NCBI RefSeq assembly: GCF_900083515.1
Contig: NZ_LT671858.1
Coordinates: 870,001-902,000, forward strand
DNA: 32,000 nucleotides
Direction: 5' to 3'
Origin: Cuniculiplasma divulgatum
Lineage (GTDB): Archaea > Thermoplasmatota > Thermoplasmata > Thermoplasmatales > Thermoplasmataceae
Shown here: piece after piece, positions 24,763 through 32,000 of the stretch
Layout of the letters: every line of letters starts with the position of its first letter
How positions within the stretch are numbered: the stretch's first letter is position 1
Notes under the pieces: model-generated
Seen by the model: the letters and a program-made list of their open reading frames with translations, nothing else
Database searches by the model: none
What the model was told of the DNA's origin: nothing
Made by a program: the position numbers and the translations under genes

Positions 24763-26625
24763 ATGAACACTAATTATAGGAGAAGAAGAATATTGATTGC
24801 ACTTGCGTTAAGTTCCCTTATGGTGCTATCAGGTCTTTCAGTATTTTCTTTTGTAAGTGGCGGAAACTCTACTACTTTAGTTGCCAGAACAGCAGATAGT
24901 TCGAGTGCAAATGGAAACAACAGTACGCTTTATCTGTCACCAGGTGCAACGCCAGAGTTTGTAGATAATTTTAATCCATATAATATATGGACAGAGCCCA
25001 CAGGTATAATGGGGATGATATATGAGCCCTTATTGCAGGTTAATACATATAATGGAACTGTTATTCCATGGCTTGCAACTGGGTATTCGTTCAGTAAAAG
25101 TGGTTTGTATTTGAATATGACATTAAGACAGAATGTAACCTTTTCTAATGGTCAGCCATTTAATTCGTATGATGTTGTTTATACTTTTAACATTCAAAAG
25201 AAAGCTATTAATGCTTGGGGGGCAATAGAAAATATAAGTGCACAAGGTCTCTACAAGGTTTCATTTAAATTTTACACACCGCAGACAAACTACCTCTTTT
25301 ACATTGGCTGTCAGGCTATAATGCCTACAAACCAATCATGGGAACAACAGACAGGCAGTAATGGAGTCCCAGATCCCCAAAGCGCAGTTGTAACAGATCC
25401 CATAGGCACAGGACCATACGTACTTTCCAGTTTCAGCCCGCAAAAAGTAGTTCTTGTTAAAAATCCACATTACTGGCAGAAAGGTTTACCGAAAATAGAT
25501 AGATTGGTATATAACGATTATACCAGCAATAGTGCATTGAGTCTAGCTCTTGCAGAGGGAAAAGTTCAGTGGGCATCAGTTTTTGAACCTAATGTTACAT
25601 CTTTATTTGTTCAAAATAATCCGAAAACAAATCATTACTGGTATCCGGCAGGACAGCCTGTTACTATGATGGTTAATGATCTGATGCCATTTTTAAACGA
25701 GAGTTATGTAAGACAGGCACTATCCTTAGCAATAAATAGAACGGCAATCTGTCAGATAGGTGAGTATGGATATGAGAAACCTGCCAATGCAGCTAACATT
25801 TTGCAGCAGCAGCTTTCCTATCTAAATAAAACAAACCTAAATCAAGCAAATAGTCTCGCACAATTCAATCCGTCAAAAGCCTTGTCAATGCTTGAAGAAC
25901 ATGGCTTCAAACTAAACAGTAAGAAACAACTTGAATACTCCAACGGAACACTTGTGCCAACTATTTCATTGATGTCGGTTGCAGGATATTCAGACTGGGA
26001 TACAGACATAACCATAATTGCTGCAGATTTAAAGGCTATTGGCATAAATGTAGTAACTACAACCCCTACCGGAAGTAATCTGGCAAGTGATATAGCTGAC
26101 GGTGATTATCAGCTGGCTGTAGATACGGTATCTGGTATAGGACCAAATCCATGGTACGATTACAGTGGACTGGTGGGAAGTGTAACACCAATAGGGAAGA
26201 CTGCTTACGTAAATGAGGAAAGATGGAATGCTACTGGTACCGATTTCATGAGTGCTTATGCAAACTATACATTAACAGGAAACTTAACTCTGCAGGATAA
26301 GTACACAAATGAAATGGTTAATGTAATGTTAAACCAGATGCCTATAATTCCTCTTGTATACTCTGGAGACTGGTATGAATACGTGAACAATACCATAGGA
26401 GGATGGCCAAACCAGAACAATTCATTCTGGATCCCAATGCCATGGTATCCCCATCCATCAGAAGTTGTTGTTCTGCATCTATATCCGCTTACCAGTGCAA
26501 AAGCGGTTAAGGTAACATCCACTGTAACCTATGAATACATAGGAGTAGCAATAGTAGTAGTCGTAATTGCAGCAGTCGCAGGTGTTACATTAGTTAACAA
26601 GAGGCAGAAAAAGAGAAATGATTAA
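24763..26625 (+). CDS. ABC transporter substrate-binding protein, family 5 (Opp/Dpp class), membrane-anchored
   Basis: The 620-aa protein has an N-terminal 'RRRRILIALALSSLMVLSGLSVF' signal/anchor and a C-terminal TM 'IGVAIVVVVIAAVAGVTLV'+KRQKKR, typical of archaeal binding proteins. It carries about 17 N-x-S/T sequons and leads an Opp-type permease/ATPase operon. Confidence 0.85.
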   Translation: MNTNYRRRRILIALALSSLMVLSGLSVFSFVSGGNSTTLVARTADSSSANGNNSTLYLSPGATPEFVDNFNPYNIWTEPTGIMGMIYEPLLQVNTYNGTVIPWLATGYSFSKSGLYLNMTLRQNVTFSNGQPFNSYDVVYTFNIQKKAINAWGAIENISAQGLYKVSFKFYTPQTNYLFYIGCQAIMPTNQSWEQQTGSNGVPDPQSAVVTDPIGTGPYVLSSFSPQKVVLVKNPHYWQKGLPKIDRLVYNDYTSNSALSLALAEGKVQWASVFEPNVTSLFVQNNPKTNHYWYPAGQPVTMMVNDLMPFLNESYVRQALSLAINRTAICQIGEYGYEKPANAANILQQQLSYLNKTNLNQANSLAQFNPSKALSMLEEHGFKLNSKKQLEYSNGTLVPTISLMSVAGYSDWDTDITIIAADLKAIGINVVTTTPTGSNLASDIADGDYQLAVDTVSGIGPNPWYDYSGLVGSVTPIGKTAYVNEERWNATGTDFMSAYANYTLTGNLTLQDKYTNEMVNVMLNQMPIIPLVYSGDWYEYVNNTIGGWPNQNNSFWIPMPWYPHPSEVVVLHLYPLTSAKAVKVTSTVTYEYIGVAIVVVVIAAVAGVTLVNKRQKKRND

Positions 26626-26640
26626 AAATCATTTCCTTCC

Positions 26641-27660
26641 ATGGTGATTTTAACGGCTATACCTGTAAAATATATTATTAAACGACTTATAATTTTTGTA
26701 AGTGTATTTTTTGGGGCTCTCACTCTAAATTTTGTTTTACCAAGATTGATGCCTGGAGACCCTGCAGAAATTGTTTATGAAGATTTATTAAAAGATTCTG
26801 GAGGGACAATAAACATTGCATACTTACATCAGCTCGAGGCAGAATATGGAATTTCAACGAACAAACCTATTTATTTACAGTATTTCTCTTATTTAAATGA
26901 TTTATTTCACGGTAATCTTGGAATTTCAATCTCTTTTTATCCTGATCCAGTTTCATCCATATTAGCTGAAGCGCTTCCATGGACTTTATTTTTGGTAATA
27001 TCTGCTGTAACTATTTCATTCTTCATAGGTAACAGACTTGGAAGATATGCAGGCATTAATAGGAATACTGGAAAGGATTTGTTAATTGATTTATTTTCTA
27101 TGTTCATGGCAGCTTTTCCTGCCTTTGTTCTTGCATTTATACTACTGGATATTTTTTCAGTATACGGAAAGATATTTCCTATCGGCGGTGCATACTCTGA
27201 TTCTGTGAATATGGGATTTAACATTCCATTTATAATTAGCACGATGTATCACGCTGTTCTCCCCGTAGGTACTATAATTCTTACATCCCTTGGAGGTTGG
27301 GTCCTTGGTATGAGGAATAACATAATTCCAAATGTAAATAGTGACTATATCAGTTTTTCCCAAAATCTTGGAATGAAGGACTATCAGATAAAGAGCATTG
27401 CATATAGGAATGCACTTCTACCGAATTTAACTGGATTTTCTATGTCTATTGGGTTGTCTGTAAGCGGTGTTATTATAGAGGAATCTATATTCTCGTATCC
27501 TGGTGTAGGGATGTATATGATCACTGCCATAGATAACCTCGATTACCCTCTATTGCAGGGAATATTTTTAATGGTTATAATTGCAGTTCTTGTGGGTAAT
27601 CTTATTGTGGATATCCTACTGGGTTTCCTGGATCCACGAATAAAGCAGGAGGGTGAGTAA
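26641..27660 (+). CDS. ABC transporter permease (OppB/DppB type)
   Basis: It has the N-terminal 'YIIKRLIIFVSVFFGALTLNFVLPRLMPGDP', typical of OppB/DppB, and multiple TM segments. Confidence 0.9.
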   Translation: MVILTAIPVKYIIKRLIIFVSVFFGALTLNFVLPRLMPGDPAEIVYEDLLKDSGGTINIAYLHQLEAEYGISTNKPIYLQYFSYLNDLFHGNLGISISFYPDPVSSILAEALPWTLFLVISAVTISFFIGNRLGRYAGINRNTGKDLLIDLFSMFMAAFPAFVLAFILLDIFSVYGKIFPIGGAYSDSVNMGFNIPFIISTMYHAVLPVGTIILTSLGGWVLGMRNNIIPNVNSDYISFSQNLGMKDYQIKSIAYRNALLPNLTGFSMSIGLSVSGVIIEESIFSYPGVGMYMITAIDNLDYPLLQGIFLMVIIAVLVGNLIVDILLGFLDPRIKQEGE

Positions 27661-28615
27661 TATTCAGGAAAATAAGACTAAAGAAGGAATGATTTCAAAA
27701 ATACGGGAAAACAGAGCATTTGATATAATATTTAAGATATTTAAGCCACTTGGTGTTCTTCTTCAAAACAACAAATCAAAAGCCGGTTTTCTTCTATTGC
27801 TTTCTATCATCATTTTTGCTGTTGTTGGAATTTTTTATACACCATACCCTCCAAACGCATATCTTTTCAAGAAAAGTATTCCTCCATCCTATTCCCATCT
27901 TCTTGGTACAACGGGTTATGGTCAGGACGTATTTTCCCAATTAATAGGAGGTGCTGCACCAACATTACTCATTGGATTTTCCGTGGGTATACTGGGTACA
28001 TTGATATCCGTTTTCGTAGGAGTTTTGTCCGGATTTGCATCAAAGGGTGCGAATGAAGTAATAAATGCAATAGTGAATGTGTTTTTGGTAATTCCAGGAG
28101 TTTTGTTAATAATGCTCTTTGGTGCGTATTTTCTGGGTATTCATCAGAATCTTGGTTATTTTCCAACAATCCTAATCCTTGTGGTGACAGGTTGGGCATT
28201 TGGTGCTAGAACTTTTAGATCTGTTACCCTGTCAGTTGCAAAGAGAGATTACATTCTTTCTTCAATTCTAATAGGTGAAAGAAAAATGAGCATTATATTC
28301 AGGCAAATAATTAAATCAATTATGCCTGTAATCGTTTCAAATTTCTTTTTTACCGCCATGTATGGTACCATGGGACTTACATTCGTTGAGTATCTTGGAG
28401 TTGGTAATCTACAGCAGGTCAATTGGGGAACAATGCTATACTGGGCCATAAATAACGAAGCCTATCTTGTTGGAGAGTGGTGGTGGATATTGCCACCTGC
28501 AATCTTTATAGCAGTTTTAATGTTTGCCTTCATACTATTGAACTTTGGAATGGATGAAATCGCCAATCCAGCGTTGAGAGTTTTTAAGGTTAAGAAAAAT
28601 AAGGTGAAGTCATGA
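27653..28615 (+). CDS. ABC transporter permease (OppC/DppC type)
   Basis: It has 'HLLGTTGYGQDVFSQL' (the OppC 'GTD..GRDv' region) and multiple TM segments. It has overlapping start and stop codons with its neighbours. Confidence 0.9.
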   Translation: MSNIQENKTKEGMISKIRENRAFDIIFKIFKPLGVLLQNNKSKAGFLLLLSIIIFAVVGIFYTPYPPNAYLFKKSIPPSYSHLLGTTGYGQDVFSQLIGGAAPTLLIGFSVGILGTLISVFVGVLSGFASKGANEVINAIVNVFLVIPGVLLIMLFGAYFLGIHQNLGYFPTILILVVTGWAFGARTFRSVTLSVAKRDYILSSILIGERKMSIIFRQIIKSIMPVIVSNFFFTAMYGTMGLTFVEYLGVGNLQQVNWGTMLYWAINNEAYLVGEWWWILPPAIFIAVLMFAFILLNFGMDEIANPALRVFKVKKNKVKS

Positions 28616-29409
28616 GTTTGATGGAAATTCAAAATCTCACAAAGGAGTTTACAGTCAGAAAAAGTCTTACAAAGGGTGACATAGTAAAGGCACTTGATGA
28701 AGTTAGTCTAGAATTAAGGGAAAAGGAATTACTTGGTATTGTAGGTGCAAGTGGTAGTGGAAAAAGTACACTAGCTAGACTAATGGTTCTTCTATATCGA
28801 CCAACATCTGGAAAAATTATCTTTAACAATGAGGATGTTTCACACCACAAAGGGCAGAGGCTAAAGGTGTACCGAAAAAATATTCAGATGGTGTTTCAGG
28901 ATCCATATGCCTCTCTAGATCCATTTCATAATGTGGAATGGCACATAAAGAGACCATTGTTAATCAATCATTACAAGGGCAACGTTAGTGATCGTGTGCA
29001 GGAGCTTCTGACACAGGTAAAACTTGACCCTCCATCGCAATTTCTCGATAAATACCCACATCAAATGTCTGGTGGGCAAAGACAAAGAGTGTATATGGCC
29101 AGGGCTCTTGCTACAGAACCCAAGGTACTAATTGCGGATGAACCGGTTTCCATGCTGGATGTGTCTCTCAGAATTGAAATCCTGGAACTTCTTCTTTCCC
29201 TTAGAGAAAACTTAGGAATTAGTATAATTTATATAACGCATGATCTGAACACAGTTAGTATGATTACCGATAGAATATATGTGCTCAATAAGGGGAAGGT
29301 TGTTGAGTCCGGAAACACAAAACAGGTAATTGAAAATCCAGTGGACGAATATACTAGAAGATTAATAAAGGCCGCCCCAGATCCATATAAGAAAATTGAG
29401 GTGGACTAA
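28612..29409 (+). CDS. ABC transporter ATP-binding protein (OppF/DppF type)
   Basis: It has Walker A 'GASGSGKST', the signature 'MSGGQRQR', Walker B 'LIADEP' and the H-loop 'ITHD'. Confidence 0.95.
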   Translation: MSLMEIQNLTKEFTVRKSLTKGDIVKALDEVSLELREKELLGIVGASGSGKSTLARLMVLLYRPTSGKIIFNNEDVSHHKGQRLKVYRKNIQMVFQDPYASLDPFHNVEWHIKRPLLINHYKGNVSDRVQELLTQVKLDPPSQFLDKYPHQMSGGQRQRVYMARALATEPKVLIADEPVSMLDVSLRIEILELLLSLRENLGISIIYITHDLNTVSMITDRIYVLNKGKVVESGNTKQVIENPVDEYTRRLIKAAPDPYKKIEVD

Positions 29410-30387
29410 ATGCCAAATGCAATCCAGGTAGAAAATCTGACCGTTGGGTATCACTGGGAAAACGGGTTTTCAATAATTATACGAGACTTAAATCTTTCCA
29501 TTGAAGAGGGCATTATCTTTGGTATAGCAGGAGAATCTGGATCAGGTAAAAGCACATTTGCCCAATCTATCTATAATTCGCTCAGGTATCCTGGAGAAAT
29601 AGAATCAGGCAGGGTTTATTTTAAGGGTAATGATCTTTTAAAAATGTCAAAAAATGAATTGCGAAGGATAAGGGCTGTCAATATGACATTTATCCCACAG
29701 GCAGCAATGAATGCGCTGAATCCAGTTAAAAGAATAGGTGACCAGTTTAACGATATCCTTGAGGCTCATGGGAAAAACATTGTGGAATTTCAGCAGAACA
29801 TTCAGGACGTATTAAAAATGGTAAGGCTTCCTCAAGAAATATTACATAATTATCCTCACGAGCTTAGTGGTGGAATGAGACAGCGAACAGTCATAGCAAT
29901 GGCACTAGTTCTTTCTCCAGAACTTGTGATACTGGATGAACCCACCACAGGTTTGGATGTCCTTGTCGAACATGATATACTGGTTGATCTTAAAAAAATA
30001 CAGAGAAAAAAAGGTTTTACAATGATAATGATCACTCATGATTTATCTATCCTTTATGAAATATCCGACCAGCTTGGCATGATGTATGCAGGTGAATTAA
30101 CCGAATATGGGGATAGGGAATCTATGATTAAGTCATCTGCTCATCCCTATAATTATCTTTTGTTGAAAAGCATTCCGAGAATAGGAGTTAGGAAATATGA
30201 TGGAATAAGACTAACGGGGAACCCTTCGAACTATGATGAAAACTTCAAAGGATGTCAGTTTAGTACAAGGTGCCCTTATAAAACTTTTGAGTGTGAATTG
30301 ACACACCCAGAGTTAAAGAAAGTTCCTAACGAGAATCATTACTATCGCTGTTTAAGATATCCAGACTGGGTTAGAGATGAAAAATAG
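29410..30387 (+). CDS. ABC transporter ATP-binding protein (OppD/DppD type, C-terminal Cys-containing extension)
   Basis: It has Walker A 'GESGSGKST', the signature 'LSGGMRQR', Walker B 'VILDEP' and 'ITHD'. The C-terminal 'CQFSTRCPYKTFEC...RC' is the oligopeptide-ABC C-terminal domain. Confidence 0.95.
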   Translation: MPNAIQVENLTVGYHWENGFSIIIRDLNLSIEEGIIFGIAGESGSGKSTFAQSIYNSLRYPGEIESGRVYFKGNDLLKMSKNELRRIRAVNMTFIPQAAMNALNPVKRIGDQFNDILEAHGKNIVEFQQNIQDVLKMVRLPQEILHNYPHELSGGMRQRTVIAMALVLSPELVILDEPTTGLDVLVEHDILVDLKKIQRKKGFTMIMITHDLSILYEISDQLGMMYAGELTEYGDRESMIKSSAHPYNYLLLKSIPRIGVRKYDGIRLTGNPSNYDENFKGCQFSTRCPYKTFECELTHPELKKVPNENHYYRCLRYPDWVRDEK

Positions 30388-30458
30388 TCAATTGTACATC
30401 ATTCTAATTTTTAGTTAACATTCAACTATATTTATAAACTGAAATAACATAAGATAAT

Positions 30459-31475
30459 GTGGAGGAAAAAATTTTTGAGGGATTATCCAAGTTTGGACTT
30501 ACAGCCTATGAGATCAAAATCTATGAAGTTTTGATACTAAAGGGTCCATTGAATTCCACCAGTATTGTAAAGGAAACCGGTATACCTCAGCCCAGAGTTT
30601 ATGACCTATTCAGTTCAATGGAGCGTAAGGGTTTCATTGAAAGTAGCTTTGGGAAAAGAAAAACGTACAAGGCAATACCTGTTTCAACCATTATGGAAAG
30701 AGAAAAAAAGTGGCTAGACACCTATAGTTTCAATCTTGAACATTTTGTTCAGAATAAAAGGATATATAATCAGAATAACGGATCATTTCTTTCCCTTCTA
30801 GAGGGAAATACACAGGTAACTGAAAAAATGGCATCACTTATTTCACACACTGAGGACGAACTAATTTTATCCACAAGCTATGAAAGATTCAAGGAACTTT
30901 ACCCATATATTGAAAAACTGAGTTCTTCGAACGTTACTATGTGTATTATTATTTTCAAGGAGCAGAGACAGAGACTCACGGAAAAAATAGATGGTAATTG
31001 TTTTATTCGCACAATGTCAGGAAAACCGGTTGAAATTCTTATTTCGGATAGGAAATCCTGTACAATGAAAATAGAAACAAGAGAGAGGAAGGATGATTTA
31101 GCCCTATATTTTGAGGAGGACAACTTCATTCATGTAGTATCGTATTACTTTAATCAGTCATTGTGGAAATATGCAGATATATATACTGATCAGATCAACG
31201 ACAACTGTATCAGATTCAGAACCATATGGCTGGCTTGTGATATAATAGAATACTATCTTAACAACGGAGCAAAACTCAAATCTCATCTTGAATGTTATTA
31301 TAAGGACGATTACAGAGAAATTGATGGTGAAATAGTGAAAGTTGAAAAAATCCCATTTGTCAGGAACACTTTTTTTATAAGGTCAGGAAATGAAGAGTAC
31401 TCCGTTGGGGGCAAAACTTCCTCAATTGAGAAATTGAGAATGTTATTTCTCAAGATAAATCCTGAATTACTATAA
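30459..31475 (+). CDS. TrmB-family transcriptional regulator (N-terminal wHTH plus C-terminal effector domain)
   Basis: The N-terminus 'FGLTAYEIKIYEVLILKGPLNSTSIVKETGIPQPRVYDLFSSMERKGFIE' matches the TrmB wHTH pattern. It is 338 aa with a GTG start. Confidence 0.8.
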   Translation: MEEKIFEGLSKFGLTAYEIKIYEVLILKGPLNSTSIVKETGIPQPRVYDLFSSMERKGFIESSFGKRKTYKAIPVSTIMEREKKWLDTYSFNLEHFVQNKRIYNQNNGSFLSLLEGNTQVTEKMASLISHTEDELILSTSYERFKELYPYIEKLSSSNVTMCIIIFKEQRQRLTEKIDGNCFIRTMSGKPVEILISDRKSCTMKIETRERKDDLALYFEEDNFIHVVSYYFNQSLWKYADIYTDQINDNCIRFRTIWLACDIIEYYLNNGAKLKSHLECYYKDDYREIDGEIVKVEKIPFVRNTFFIRSGNEEYSVGGKTSSIEKLRMLFLKINPELL

Positions 31476-31529
31476 GATAGAGTATAAGCTTTGAAAAAAC
31501 CTTAAAATAACAATAGAAAATTATAAAAA

Positions 31530-32000
31530 ATGTTTCCAAAAAATTTTAAGTTCGGTTTTTCAGAGGCTGGATTTCAGTTTGAAATGGGTGTCAGTGATAT
31601 TGATACCAACACTGATTGGTATAAATGGAGTCATGATTCAGAAAATATCAAGAATCACATTGTTTCTGGAGACAGGCCAGAAGAAGGTGTTGGATACTGG
31701 GACCTGTATCCCAAAGATCATGATCTTGCAGAATACATTGGAATGAATGCAGCTAGAATAGGTATAGAATGGTCAAGGATATTTCCCGTTTCTACCGAAC
31801 GTGTCACGGTTGAAGTAATAGAAGAAAATGGGGATATTCTTGAAATTAAAATAACCGAGAAAACCATAAAAGAACTGGACTTATTGAGTGATAAAAATGC
31901 AATGCAGCACTACACCAATATTTTTAATGATATAAAAAAGAGGGGATGGTTTCTTGTCATCAATCTCTTTCACTGGTCACTCCCACTATGGATAAATGAT
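31530..32000 (+). CDS. GH1 beta-glycosidase (LacS-like), 5' part only (runs off window)
   Basis: Hand translation from the ATG at 31530 gives 'MFPKNFKFGFSEAGFQFEMG...NTDWYKWSHD...ARIGIEWSRIFP...NLFHWSLPLWIND'. This is co-linear with archaeal family-1 glycosidases such as Sulfolobus LacS. The frame is open to the window end (157 codons). Confidence 0.9.
   Translation, partial: MFPKNFKFGFSEAGFQFEMGVSDIDTNTDWYKWSHDSENIKNHIVSGDRPEEGVGYWDLYPKDHDLAEYIGMNAARIGIEWSRIFPVSTERVTVEVIEENGDILEIKITEKTIKELDLLSDKNAMQHYTNIFNDIKKRGWFLVINLFHWSLPLWIND

Noticed and set aside
24763-24860. 'YRRRRILIAL' at the N-terminus of the binding protein as a twin-arginine (Tat) signal.
   Set aside because: It lacks the S/T-R-R-x-F-L-K context. 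A basic n-region followed by a hydrophobic anchor is equally consistent with a Sec signal or N-terminal TM anchor.
1-32000. About 35 short ORFs in the supplied track lie antisense to or out of frame within long, motif-supported CDSs. Examples: 1985..2218, 2103..2288, 2597..2848, 2879..3109, 3852..4130, 4971..5171, 5253..5525, 6043..6252, 13535..13834, 14455..14682, 14732..15067, 19130..19360, 20385..20681, 21286..21489, 25842..26045, 26937..27242, 27969..28199, 28629..28850, 30899..31129.
   Set aside because: They are fully embedded in better-supported genes, have low-complexity or hydrophobic shadow-frame composition, and carry no recognisable motifs. They are typical AT-rich-genome shadow ORFs.
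1-32000. Looked for CRISPR arrays, tRNA/rRNA genes and long direct or inverted terminal repeats.
   Set aside because: No regularly spaced 25-40-nt repeats, no GC-rich cloverleaf-like islands and no rRNA-like stretches were visible by eye. A tRNAscan/Infernal/CRISPR-finder run is still needed to exclude small ncRNAs in the larger intergenic regions (8259-8662, 8903-9119, 9480-9659, 12263-12535, 24511-24762).

Overview
AT-rich archaeal chromosomal segment. The gene content points to a Thermoplasmata-type, wall-less euryarchaeon: split methylmalonyl-CoA mutase, a TrmB regulator, a LacS-like GH1 glycosidase, C-terminally anchored and sequon-rich surface proteins, and Vps4-like ATPases. I cannot verify the taxonomy without a database search. 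No rRNA, tRNA or CRISPR array was seen. Layout, left to right: (1) 1-~4380 holds a plasmid/virus-derived replication module on the minus strand (RHH protein, 57-aa protein, prim-pol, P-loop helicase-like protein running off the window) plus a divergent unknown gene. (2) 4781-8258 holds a tight minus-strand operon: a 40-aa Cys-containing small ORF missing from the ORF track, two radical-SAM/SPASM enzymes and an MFS exporter. I read this as a candidate RiPP-type peptide-modification/export cluster. (3) 8660-17600 is a mixed housekeeping block: MFS, GT4, hemerythrin-like protein, mutase large subunit, B12 subunit, MeaB, GT2 and Hsp20. (4) 18155-22351 holds a five-gene, translationally coupled operon encoding three ESCRT-III/Snf7-like coiled-coil proteins interleaved with two Vps4-like AAA+ ATPases. 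It has no CdvA and is the most system-like unusual locus here. (5) 22348-24510 encodes a 14-blade YVTN beta-propeller surface protein. (6) 24763-32000 holds an Opp/Dpp-class ABC transporter followed by a TrmB-family regulator and a GH1 beta-glycosidase, which suggests sugar rather than peptide uptake. All functional calls come from motifs read in the supplied translations or my own hand translations. No homology search was run.
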